A stretch of DNA of 64,000 bases from the NCBI GenBank assembly GCA_001873635.1, contig MNZK01000069.1, forward strand, positions 2,594-66,593. Reading direction: 5' to 3'. A program made the translations under genes and the position numbers. The notes beneath the pieces are model-generated. The model worked only from the letters and a program-made list of their open reading frames with translations, had not been told where the DNA came from and did not search any database. Each line of letters begins with the position of its first letter. Within the stretch, counting starts at the first letter, position 1. This document shows, one piece after another, positions 50,608-59,539 of the stretch. The DNA comes from Porphyromonadaceae bacterium CG2_30_38_12 (GTDB lineage: Bacteria; Bacteroidota; Bacteroidia; Bacteroidales; Paludibacteraceae).

Positions 50608-52605
50608 TTAATATCCCAACAATGAAGATGAGTTAAATCTCTTCTCTGTTTCTTTTCCTCGAAATATATAATTTTTATTTTCGGGAAATTTACCATATAG
50701 TCGTAGAAAGTTTGTAACACACGATGGCGACGAAAATACAATATTTGTAATATCTGATAAATCGAGAGGCTCCAAGTTTTTGGGGTAGGTATTGTTATAA
50801 ACACTTACCGTTGCAACATCCCATCCTATTTTTTTTAAGCCTTCGGGCAGAACTGGTAAACCTATGTCCGAACGTGGAATAAGCACTTTACCCACCGGAA
50901 TATTGTTTGTTTCAAAGTCCTTGAGCAAACCAATAGAAGACTCTTCCGATGCTTGAATTTCGGGAATTATGCCGTGAGATTTCAATGCTAACGATGTAAT
51001 TCTACCCACCGATGCAATTTTAAGTCCAGCTAAATGACGGGCATCTTTGTCAAATTTTTCAAGCGCTTCAAAAAAGAAATCTACCGTATAACGACTCGTA
51101 AAAAATAACCAGTGGTAGTTAGCAAGTCTGTTTATTTCAATTTCCAAAGGCGTATTGGGCCAAATAGCCTCAATTTGAATTAATGGCTGGTGAATAACAG
51201 TTCCTAATTGCTCGTAATGTTCTTTTTGAGTTCCAGTAACTAAATAATTGGGGCGTTTCACAGCGTTTTCTGTTTGATATCTGAGCGCTACTACATTGCC
51301 AATAATTGCAATAATTGGTGTAGGAAATATCCGCGTTTCGGTGCTTAGAGTTTCTAAATCACTTTGAAATTCTGATTGAGCAGATGTGGAAACATTAGCA
51401 ACTAACAGTACTGGAGTTTTAGGGTTTTTGCCGTTAGCAATAGCTTGGGCAGCAACTTTGGCAATGTTGAAGCCGGCCATGTAGCATACCACCGTGTCCG
51501 AATTTGGAAAATTGATTTGAGCTGCTTGTCCGCTCACAAAAGACACCGAGGAAGCAATGTTTCTGTGAGTGAGTGGTATTTGAGTGAGTGCTGCTAAAGC
51601 CAATGCAGTAGTAATACCTGGAATAACGTCAACTTCTACAAAATTACTTTTGAGATATTCTAACTCTTCTCCGCCATGAGCAAAAATAAGTGGGTCGCCC
51701 CCTTTTAAACGAACCACCTTGCTGCCTAATTTTGCTTCATCCAATAGGAGCCGGTTTATTTGCTGTTGCTCGTTGCTATGAGCACCTTTGCGTTTACCTA
51801 CATATACCTTTTTGGCTTTATACTTTATCAGAAAATCTTTATCAATTAAGTCGTCGTAAAATATGCTATCAGCTTGTGCTATACACTTTTCGGCAGCCAG
51901 AGTAAGCAAATCAGGGTTACCCGGACCAAAACCAACCAATGTAACTTTACCCCAGTTTTTTCGACTATCTAAGGGTGCAAACTTGTTTTTTAAATCTTTG
52001 CTATTACGTCGAGCCACTACAGCAATATGTCCTTGTAATGGGTGTGTCTCAAAGCGTAAAACTTGAGTAATGTGCGCACTTAAATGTAATCGTTTTAGGG
52101 CACAACTTGCTACTATAAGTGCATCGATATTACCATTTTCAACCTCAGCAATTCGTTCCTCGATGGTGCCCCGCACGGCAACTATTTTTAGATCAGGGCG
52201 ATCAGCAAGCACCTGCCTCCGACGTGTAAGGGAGCTTGTACCAATGCGAGCTTGTAAAGGGAGCTGCTCTAAGGTTAGCTGGTTCTTGCTCACTAAAGCA
52301 TCAGTCTGGTCAGTAGCTTCTAACAAGGCAATCAATTCCAAATCAGACGCTAATGGATAAGGCAAATCTTTTGCCGAATGTATTGCTATGTCCACATTTC
52401 CTTGCTGCAATGCTTGATCTAATTCGCGTGTGAAAAAATCTGCCGGCTGATTTTCGAGCAACGAAAGTTGTTTATTTATATCTCCGAATGATTTAATGTT
52501 AATAAGTTCAAAATTAACTTTAGTAAAATGAGATAGTACAATTTCCACTTGTGCCATGGCAAGTGCACTTGTACGTGTAGCTACTTTAAGATTCAAATTA
52601 CTCAT
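50608..52605 (-). CDS. Triple fusion: truncated hydroxymethylbilane synthase (HemC, aa ~1-215) + uroporphyrinogen-III C-methyltransferase (CobA, ~219-442) + uroporphyrinogen-III synthase (HemD, ~450-665)
   Basis: ATRTSALAMAQ, HSAKDLP, IGTSS (HemC); VGFGPGNPDLLT, RLKGGDP, VIPGIT (CobA); FFTSRYTV, VGRITS, FSSPSCV (HemD). Confidence 0.9.
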   Translation of the reverse strand: MSNLNLKVATRTSALAMAQVEIVLSHFTKVNFELINIKSFGDINKQLSLLENQPADFFTRELDQALQQGNVDIAIHSAKDLPYPLASDLELIALLEATDQTDALVSKNQLTLEQLPLQARIGTSSLTRRRQVLADRPDLKIVAVRGTIEERIAEVENGNIDALIVASCALKRLHLSAHITQVLRFETHPLQGHIAVVARRNSKDLKNKFAPLDSRKNWGKVTLVGFGPGNPDLLTLAAEKCIAQADSIFYDDLIDKDFLIKYKAKKVYVGKRKGAHSNEQQQINRLLLDEAKLGSKVVRLKGGDPLIFAHGGEELEYLKSNFVEVDVIPGITTALALAALTQIPLTHRNIASSVSFVSGQAAQINFPNSDTVVCYMAGFNIAKVAAQAIANGKNPKTPVLLVANVSTSAQSEFQSDLETLSTETRIFPTPIIAIIGNVVALRYQTENAVKRPNYLVTGTQKEHYEQLGTVIHQPLIQIEAIWPNTPLEIEINRLANYHWLFFTSRYTVDFFFEALEKFDKDARHLAGLKIASVGRITSLALKSHGIIPEIQASEESSIGLLKDFETNNIPVGKVLIPRSDIGLPVLPEGLKKIGWDVATVSVYNNTYPKNLEPLDLSDITNIVFSSPSCVTNFLRLYGKFPENKNYIFRGKETEKRFNSSSLLGY

Positions 52606-52681
52606 TTTCTTTTTCTTTTAATTAAACATGGCAAAGTTCATACTTTCCTTATGATGTTGCAATCACTATATGGTGGGATAT

Positions 52682-53563
52682 TTATACCTCCTTTATGGTA
52701 TATAAATGCGAAAATAAATTTATTTCTTCTTCTATAATCTCATTTGCTAGCAACATTTTGTGTCTGCGCGCTTCCATGTTTTGATGCACCCTGTTTTTTA
52801 TGTCTTCCAAGTTGTAAAGGGTTACATTGGGCATATTGCCAATTCGCTCATCTACATCGCGTGGAAATCCTAAATCGAATATAATTATATTTTGTTTGGT
52901 TGAAATGTGTTCGGGTTTTACAACTATGTGAGGAGCCGAAGTCGCAGTGATAAGCACATCGGTATATTCCAAAAATGAGCTCATTTCATCAAAATGAAAT
53001 GCTTTGCATTGATATTTTTCAGCCATATCTTGGGCTTTTTCAAAATATCTATTTCCAAGAAAAATTGAAAATGCTTCTTTTGCATTCAAAAATTTTATAA
53101 TATCTTCGTTCAACTTGTTGATTCCAAGCATGGTGATGAGTGCGTTTTTTAATTGTATTTTTTCCGAAAGTAAACATTCTATCACTGCCTGACTGTGCGA
53201 AATAGCACCTTGCGAAATAGTAGATTCTGTGCGTACCCTTTTTCCTACACGCAAGGCTGTTTGAAATAACTTGTGTAAACTTGCCGATAGTTTGAATTTT
53301 TGTGCTGCCTCTTCGTAGCAAGTTTTTACTTGTCCCTGAATGGCACATTCGCCAATTAGGGATGAATCCAAACCAGAAACAATGCTGAAAAGATGACGAT
53401 AAATGTTCTCCGGAATAGTTCCTTCGCCCCAGTAAAACTCTACACGGTCGCAAGTTTGTAACCGTACATGCGCCGTGTTTGAGGGTAATTGGAAGGTGCT
53501 TAAAAAGTCTTCTCGCTCAATCAATGTGCTGTTCGATTGGCTTTTAGATATGTAATGTACCAT
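52682..53563 (-). CDS. hemA: Glutamyl-tRNA reductase, short divergent form
   Basis: QTCDRVEFY (cf. STCNRxE), HLFSIVSGLDS..GE..IQGQVK, KRVRTEST, ATSAPH, DLGFPRDVD; only about 293 aa. ATG 53563 or TTG 53569. Confidence 0.85.
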   Translation of the reverse strand: MVHYISKSQSNSTLIEREDFLSTFQLPSNTAHVRLQTCDRVEFYWGEGTIPENIYRHLFSIVSGLDSSLIGECAIQGQVKTCYEEAAQKFKLSASLHKLFQTALRVGKRVRTESTISQGAISHSQAVIECLLSEKIQLKNALITMLGINKLNEDIIKFLNAKEAFSIFLGNRYFEKAQDMAEKYQCKAFHFDEMSSFLEYTDVLITATSAPHIVVKPEHISTKQNIIIFDLGFPRDVDERIGNMPNVTLYNLEDIKNRVHQNMEARRHKMLLANEIIEEEINLFSHLYTIKEV

Positions 53564-54011
53564 TTTCAAATAAGTTGGTTATCTGATTCCGAATAGCTAC
53601 CGCTTGATAAGCATCGCGGGCATTAGTGCCTACCGAAATGGTTACATGCTCTTGTTTGTGGATGGCGGGCGACACAAAATCGCACAATAACGGGGCATCG
53701 CACACACTGGTCAGAATGCCAAGCTCTTCGGCATCTGCTTTTATCTGTGCGTTTAAGTCGTGATTGCCTGTAACTGCATATACCAGAAAGTATCCTTCTA
53801 AATCGCCTTTTTCATATTCCTTTTGGATAAATGTAAAAGGTAATTTCCGTATTTCGTCCGTAAATTCGGGCGAAACAACCGTAACGTTTTGAACAAAGCG
53901 CGCCATGATAGTTCCCTTGTGTGTTGCCACCTTTCCCCCACCAATGAGAAGTATCTTTTTATTGGTTACGTTGATAGATATGGGCAAAAACAGTAAGTCT
54001 TCTCGTTTCAT
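53544..54011 (-). CDS. Precorrin-2 dehydrogenase / sirohydrochlorin ferrochelatase (CysG N-terminal / Met8 / SirC-like)
   Basis: LPISIN...LLIGGGKVA Rossmann motif, VCDAPLLCDFVSPA, ISVGT. Confidence 0.88.
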   Translation of the reverse strand: MKREDLLFLPISINVTNKKILLIGGGKVATHKGTIMARFVQNVTVVSPEFTDEIRKLPFTFIQKEYEKGDLEGYFLVYAVTGNHDLNAQIKADAEELGILTSVCDAPLLCDFVSPAIHKQEHVTISVGTNARDAYQAVAIRNQITNLFENGTLHI

Positions 54012-55747
54012 AAGGTGTGAAAATTTAATCCTGCGGTGGTTGCTTTTATATACCCTTTACGAATTACAAAATCGCCAAAATGCTCATCTTTTTGTTTCGT
54101 CTGGGCATAATCCGCCAATAATGGTGTTAGTTCAGCCAGTATTTGCTCTTCGGTGAGCATCTCTTTGTATAATTTATTTAGTCGGTCGCCAACGAAGCTT
54201 GCTCCAAGATATAAATTATATTTCCCAGGTGCTCTTCCTACCAATGCTATTTCGGCTAAAAAAGGGCGTCCGCAACCATTAGCACAGCCAGTCATACGAA
54301 TGCTTATGGGAGTATTTAGTAGTCCATGAGCTTTAAGAATTTCATCTATTTTGTCAATAAATGATGGTAAATAGCGTTCGGCTTCGGCAAATGCCAAACT
54401 ACATAATGGCAATGCTGCACAGGCAATTGAATTTTGGCGTAATTGCGATAATTTTTCGGTATGTAGTACCTTGTATTTTTTTAATAAAGCTTCAATTTGT
54501 GGCTTTTGCTCTTCAGAGACTTCTGCTATCACCACATTTTGGTTTCCGGTAAGGATAAAAGTTCCAGTATGAATTTTTGCTATTTCGCGCAATGCCGTTT
54601 TGGCATTCAAGCCACTACGGTCACCTAATTTACCTCCTTCAACAAATACTCCATAGTGCCATAAACCATTTTCGCCTTTTGTCCAACCATACTTATCGCC
54701 CAAGGTTTGGAAGTTATAGGGCTTGGCTGTTTGCAAAGTTATGCCCTTATTTCGAATTAGTTCGGTTCGAAAAAAATCCAAGCCCAATCGGTCAACAGTA
54801 TATTTTAAACGTGCATTTTTACGTTCCGATCGGTTACCATGGTCACGTTGAAAAATCACTACGCCCTCCGCTACTTCTACTAATTGTTCTTTTGGAAAAT
54901 AGCCTACAATGTCGGCAACTCGCGGATAGGTAGCTGTATTGCCAAAGGTAAATGCCATGCCACCTCCAACGCTCAGGTTATAGCCCGTTAGCTTCCCATT
55001 TTCAACAATGGCAATAAAGCCTAAATCGTTAGACAAAACATCAGTATCGTTGCGAGGAGGAATCGCAAAAGCTGTTTTAAATTTTCGTGGCAAATAGGTT
55101 TTTCCATACAATGGTTCTTCTTCTTCTTTTTCACCGCCTGCCACTAATTCTCCGTCCAGCCATATTTCGTGGTAAGCGTTGGTTTGTGGAGTCAGATGTG
55201 CCGATACGCGTTTAGCATCTTCAGCCACTTCGCTATGTATGGACGATTCAAAAGGATTTGCCGAAGCCATAACATTTCGGTTTACATCACCACACGCAGC
55301 AATGGTGTCCAACAAACTTTTGTTAATTTCCTGTATCGTTTTTTTTAAATTTCTTTTCAATACACCATGCAACTGAAATGCTTGACGGGTGGTTAGTTTA
55401 AGTGTTTTGTCGCCATATTTATCAGCCAAACTATCTATCTCTAACCATTGCTGAGCGGTGGTAACACCCCCAGGAACCCGTATGCGAATAAGAAAGCCAT
55501 ACAAGGGTTCGAGTTTTTGTTTTTTGCGTTCACTATCCACGTCACGGTTTTGTTGCTGATAAGAACCGTGAAACTTTATCAATAGCTGGTCATCGGGCGA
55601 AATTGCTCCTGTGATAGGGTCTTGTAGTCCTTCAGCTATTGTGCCACGCAAATAATTGCTTTTTTCTTTCAGTGTTTCAAAGCTGTTTAATGTACCTTCT
55701 CCGCCTCCAGCTAATGATTTGTAATTTGTTTCGTTGGTGTTGCTCAT
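54008..55747 (-). CDS. cysI: Assimilatory sulfite reductase hemoprotein subunit
   Basis: KFHGSYQQ, TTRQAFQLHG, CGDVNRN, YLPRKFK, CAALPLC and TGCANGCGR siroheme/Fe-S ligands. Confidence 0.96.
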   Translation of the reverse strand: MSNTNETNYKSLAGGGEGTLNSFETLKEKSNYLRGTIAEGLQDPITGAISPDDQLLIKFHGSYQQQNRDVDSERKKQKLEPLYGFLIRIRVPGGVTTAQQWLEIDSLADKYGDKTLKLTTRQAFQLHGVLKRNLKKTIQEINKSLLDTIAACGDVNRNVMASANPFESSIHSEVAEDAKRVSAHLTPQTNAYHEIWLDGELVAGGEKEEEEPLYGKTYLPRKFKTAFAIPPRNDTDVLSNDLGFIAIVENGKLTGYNLSVGGGMAFTFGNTATYPRVADIVGYFPKEQLVEVAEGVVIFQRDHGNRSERKNARLKYTVDRLGLDFFRTELIRNKGITLQTAKPYNFQTLGDKYGWTKGENGLWHYGVFVEGGKLGDRSGLNAKTALREIAKIHTGTFILTGNQNVVIAEVSEEQKPQIEALLKKYKVLHTEKLSQLRQNSIACAALPLCSLAFAEAERYLPSFIDKIDEILKAHGLLNTPISIRMTGCANGCGRPFLAEIALVGRAPGKYNLYLGASFVGDRLNKLYKEMLTEEQILAELTPLLADYAQTKQKDEHFGDFVIRKGYIKATTAGLNFHTL

Positions 55748-55789
55748 GTTTTTATTGGGTATAATTTAAAATTCAATTTTTGCTGCCAT

Positions 55790-57577
55790 TTAGTAAACAT
55801 CCATCTGTAAACGTTTATTTTTCTGTAAATTATCTAAGTATTCCTGAGCAGCTTCGCTGCTTACAGATGCTTGATTTTCAATAATTTTCAGTAAAACTTG
55901 TTGCACATCTTTTGCCATTTTTTTTCTGTCACCACAAATGTAAATATGTGCTCCTTGTTCTAACCAACTATATACTTCTGATGCGTTTTCATACAATTTA
56001 TCTTGCACATATAATTTTTTTGTGCCATCGCGCGAAAAAGCTACATCCATTTTTGTAAGTACTCCTCTTTGAATATAATCTTGCCATTCTGTTTGATACA
56101 GAAACTCAGATTCAAAATTTCGATTGCCAAAAATTAACCAACTTTTACCTCTGTTTTCAACGAGCTCCCTATGTTGCACAAACCCACGGTATGGTGCAAT
56201 TCCAGTACCTGCACCCACCATAATGATTGGCGTTTGAGGATTTGTAGGTAATTTGAACTCCGGATTCTTCTCAATAAATATCGGTACTACTTCGTAGTCC
56301 ATTGTTAATTCAGATAAATAGCTCGAGCAGGCTCCTTTTTTTGTTCTTCCTGCATGCTTGTATTTCACCACTCCTACCGTGAGGTGCAATTCCCCTTGCA
56401 AGGCTTGCATACTCGATGCAATGGAATAATATCGGGGTTGAAGTGGACGCAAAATGCGCACTAAACTATTTGCATCTAAATCGCTTGGAAAATCTATTAA
56501 TAAATCTACAATATCACGTCCTTCTAAATATTCTTTTAATAAATCTGGCTGCGTGGCAAGTTCACTAAGCTTTTTGTTGCCTATGAGTGCGGCATAGCGT
56601 GTTAGCACATCCACGCTAATTTTGGATAACTCTACATCGCGATACAGCACATCTTCTAACTTTTTATTTTTGTCTTGTATTTGTATTATTTCACCGGCAT
56701 TAAAACCTGTTTCAGCTAAAAATTCACTTATTAAAGTTGCCGAATTTACAGGTATTATGCCTGCGGCATCACCCGGTTCATAGTCAAATCCTTGCTCTGG
56801 GATGCTCAATTCTAAATGAATGGTTTCCCTATCTGATCCCGCCCCATGCAATTGTATTTTTTCTAATACCGTAGCTTGAAATGGATTTGTTTTTGTATAA
56901 ATAGATTGGGTATTGCTAAGTTCAATACTTGTATTGGTTTGCAAAGGTTGGTTTGCCATATTTGAGTCGTTTCCAACAAAACTTTGCAGCGCAGTTGCTA
57001 ACCAAGCTTCTGATTGCGATAAGTCCACATCGCATGTTTGAAGAGCAAGCACACGTGTTGCTCCTAATTTTTCGAGTTGGGCATCAACATCTTTCCCTGT
57101 TTTGCAAAAATAAAAATACGATGAGTCGCCCAATGCAAGCACTGCATAACGTACATCATTTAGCTTTGTGGCTCTGTTGCCATGTATAAAGTCGTAAAAC
57201 TCTTTGGCAGCAAAAGGTGGCTCTCCTTCGCCATGTGTCGATACAATAACTAATAGGTTTTGTTCGCCCTGTAAATCTCTTCCTTTGTAGTCGGCCATGT
57301 TTTTTATTGTTGCCGTTATGCCAATTTCTTGAGCCATTTTAGCGGCTATTTTGGCTAAGCCTTCCCCATTGCCTGTACGCGAACCGTATAGTATAGTGAG
57401 TTTATGTTGCTGTTGCTGTTGCTGTGTTTCAACTTGTGTTAGTTGCGCTTGTTTGGCTGTTAAACCTGCAAAATAGCCAGCCACCCAACTTGCTTGAAGT
57501 GGGCTTAGTGTAGTGCTGAAATTGTGAAGTAAACTTGCTTGCTCGTTTGATAATGGGCTTAGAGAAGGTGTATCCAT
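55790..57577 (-). CDS. cysJ: Assimilatory sulfite reductase flavoprotein subunit
   Basis: YGSRTGN flavodoxin loop, STHGEGEPP, RYYSIASS, GAGTGIAP, ICGD, C-terminal DVY. Confidence 0.96.
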   Translation of the reverse strand: MDTPSLSPLSNEQASLLHNFSTTLSPLQASWVAGYFAGLTAKQAQLTQVETQQQQQQHKLTILYGSRTGNGEGLAKIAAKMAQEIGITATIKNMADYKGRDLQGEQNLLVIVSTHGEGEPPFAAKEFYDFIHGNRATKLNDVRYAVLALGDSSYFYFCKTGKDVDAQLEKLGATRVLALQTCDVDLSQSEAWLATALQSFVGNDSNMANQPLQTNTSIELSNTQSIYTKTNPFQATVLEKIQLHGAGSDRETIHLELSIPEQGFDYEPGDAAGIIPVNSATLISEFLAETGFNAGEIIQIQDKNKKLEDVLYRDVELSKISVDVLTRYAALIGNKKLSELATQPDLLKEYLEGRDIVDLLIDFPSDLDANSLVRILRPLQPRYYSIASSMQALQGELHLTVGVVKYKHAGRTKKGACSSYLSELTMDYEVVPIFIEKNPEFKLPTNPQTPIIMVGAGTGIAPYRGFVQHRELVENRGKSWLIFGNRNFESEFLYQTEWQDYIQRGVLTKMDVAFSRDGTKKLYVQDKLYENASEVYSWLEQGAHIYICGDRKKMAKDVQQVLLKIIENQASVSSEAAQEYLDNLQKNKRLQMDVY

Positions 57578-57637
57578 TTATATTTTTGTGTTTTTTTTTT
57601 GAAGTGGGATTAGTAAATTTACAAAGTCAATATTTAT

Positions 57638-57868
57638 CTAAATTTGATAATCATCAACCGATTCGTGTACCTTACCAATGTTTACTTTATTCCAAATGCG
57701 TTCGTGTAAATAATACAAAGAAATTTTTGTTACTATCTCAATACCGCTAATTGAAATAGCTAATTTTACATGACCTGTAACTAAATATGAAATTATAAAA
57801 GTATCCAATGTGCCAGTTAAGCGCCACGAAATGGATTTCAATAAACTGCGGTAATTTTTTTCTTTCAT
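57638..57868 (-). CDS. Small membrane protein (DUF2061-type), first gene of the cys operon
   Basis: RSLLKSISWRLTGTLDT...YYLHERIW pattern. ATG at 57868 lies downstream of the -7 box, so it is preferred over 57895. Confidence 0.8.
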   Translation of the reverse strand: MKEKNYRSLLKSISWRLTGTLDTFIISYLVTGHVKLAISISGIEIVTKISLYYLHERIWNKVNIGKVHESVDDYQI

Positions 57869-57890
57869 TTTTTTTGTTCTGTTGGTACGC

Positions 57891-57900
57891 TGCAAAGTTA
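57891..57900 (-). promoter_or_regulatory. -7 promoter box of the cys/hem operon
   Basis: TAACTTTGCA on the minus strand. Confidence 0.72.
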
Positions 57901-57945
57901 ATTCAGCTCAACACTTCCCACCATACCATGTATTTGTGATTTGAA

Positions 57946-57984
57946 TACCCTTAAGTAGGTATTAAATATACCCATTTAAGGGTA
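57946..57984. promoter_or_regulatory. Two tandem 7-2-7 inverted repeats (NarL/FixJ-like boxes)
   Basis: TACCCTT-AA-GTAGGTA (57946-57961) and TACCCAT-TT-AAGGGTA (57969-57984), 23 bp apart. Confidence 0.65.
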
Positions 57985-58030
57985 TTTTTTATTTGATAGA
58001 TATAAACAATGTGCATTATAAAGAAATAGA

Positions 58031-58072
58031 AAGCCCCAGCAAATTGATTTTATTCAATTTTGCTGAGGCTTT
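58031..58072 (-). terminator. Terminator after glmM
   Basis: AAGCCCCAGCAAA...TTTGCTGAGGCTT long imperfect stem with inner AATTGA/TCAATT. Confidence 0.75.
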
Positions 58073-58099
58073 TAACAATGCAATTGCGTTTTCGCTTTT

Positions 58100-59491
58100 T
58101 TATATGCCGGCTATTTGTTTTATTTGACTAATAATATCTTTTGCAAATTTATCAGCTTCGGCGGCGGTGCCTGCTTCGGAATAAATGCGAATTATGGCTT
58201 CGGTATTCGATTTTCGCAAATGCACCCAGCCTGTTGGGAAATCAATTTTTACACCGTCAATGTCATTCACTTCGTATTGTTGGTGATTTTCTTTTATCAC
58301 TTTCAAAATATTGTCAACATCAATGGCCGGTGTAAGCTCAATTTTGTTTTTCGAAATGTAATATGCTGGATAGGTTTTACGTAGCTCCGATACTTTTAAT
58401 TTCGATTTTGCCAAATGTGTCAAAAATAAGGCAATGCCTACCAATGCATCCCGTCCGTAATGACTTTCGGGATATATAACACCACCATTTCCTTCGCCAC
58501 CAATAATGGCGTGAGTGGTTTTCATGGTTGTTACCACGTTTACTTCGCCTACTGCAGCTGCTTGGTACGAGCCTTTGTGTTTTACTGTTACGTCGCGAAG
58601 TGCTCTGGTCGAACTTAAGTTCGATACGGTGTTGCCCGGTGTGTGTTGTAGCACATAATCGGCAACTGCTACCAAGGTATATTCTTCGCCAAACATAGAT
58701 CCATCTTCGCTTATAATAGCTAATCTGTCCACATCGGGATCTACTACAAATCCGACATCGGCTTTGCCCTGTTGCAATACACTTGCAATTTCAGTGAGAT
58801 GTTCGGGAAGTGGCTCCGGATTGTGAGGAAATTGACCATTAGGTTCGCAGTAGAGTTTTACAATGTGCTCAACACCCAAAGCTGTTAATAAAGCAGGAAT
58901 GGCAATGCCTCCTACGGAATTAACGCAGTCTAAAGCCACTCTGAACTTAGCAGTACGAATTGCCTCTACATCAACTAATTTCAACGCCAATACGCTGTCG
59001 ATGTGTTTTTGAGTATAGCTATTATTTTCTGTAAGTTTTCCAATGTTATCTACTTCGGCAAAGCAAAAACTTTCGTCGGCAGCTATTTTCAGGACATCTT
59101 CTCCGGCTTGAGCATTCAAAAACTCACCTCGTTCGTTCAGAAGTTTGAGCGCATTCCACTGTTTTGGATTGTGGCTTGCTGTTAGGATAATACCACCTGC
59201 AGCCTGTTCCATAGTTACGGCTAATTCGGTTGTAGGTGTGGTTGCCAATCCAATGTTTACGACGTCGAAGCCCATGCCCAACAAGGTTCCTATAACCAAT
59301 TGGCTTACCATCTCGCCCGAAATACGTGCATCGCGCCCAACTACAATTTTACGTGATTGCGTTGTTTTGTGTGACTCAATGTGCATAGCATAAGCCGCAG
59401 TGAATCGAACAGTGTCGATAGGGTTTAAACCATCGCCCACCATGCCGCCCATAGTACCACGAATGCCCGAGATTGATTTAATTAATGTCAT
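58100..59491 (-). CDS. glmM: Phosphoglucosamine mutase / alpha-D-phosphohexomutase
   Basis: SISGIRG, TASHNP phospho-Ser, DPDVDR metal loop, GEGNGG, RKSNTE. Confidence 0.88.
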   Translation of the reverse strand: MTLIKSISGIRGTMGGMVGDGLNPIDTVRFTAAYAMHIESHKTTQSRKIVVGRDARISGEMVSQLVIGTLLGMGFDVVNIGLATTPTTELAVTMEQAAGGIILTASHNPKQWNALKLLNERGEFLNAQAGEDVLKIAADESFCFAEVDNIGKLTENNSYTQKHIDSVLALKLVDVEAIRTAKFRVALDCVNSVGGIAIPALLTALGVEHIVKLYCEPNGQFPHNPEPLPEHLTEIASVLQQGKADVGFVVDPDVDRLAIISEDGSMFGEEYTLVAVADYVLQHTPGNTVSNLSSTRALRDVTVKHKGSYQAAAVGEVNVVTTMKTTHAIIGGEGNGGVIYPESHYGRDALVGIALFLTHLAKSKLKVSELRKTYPAYYISKNKIELTPAIDVDNILKVIKENHQQYEVNDIDGVKIDFPTGWVHLRKSNTEAIIRIYSEAGTAAEADKFAKDIISQIKQIAGI

Positions 59492-59539
59492 AAAAGAGGT
59501 CTATATGTTAGTCAAATTTTATTTCTTGAAAGGCATACA

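Noticed and set aside
55690-55720. SLAGGGEG in the CysI N-terminus as another in-frame repeat insertion
   Set aside because: No clear palindrome and no match to the CCCCTAAAGGGG core; too degenerate to support.
57407-57424. (CAGCAA)3 poly-Gln tract in cysJ as a phase-variation site
   Set aside because: The unit length is a multiple of three and it lies in a variable linker, so slippage would not switch the gene off.
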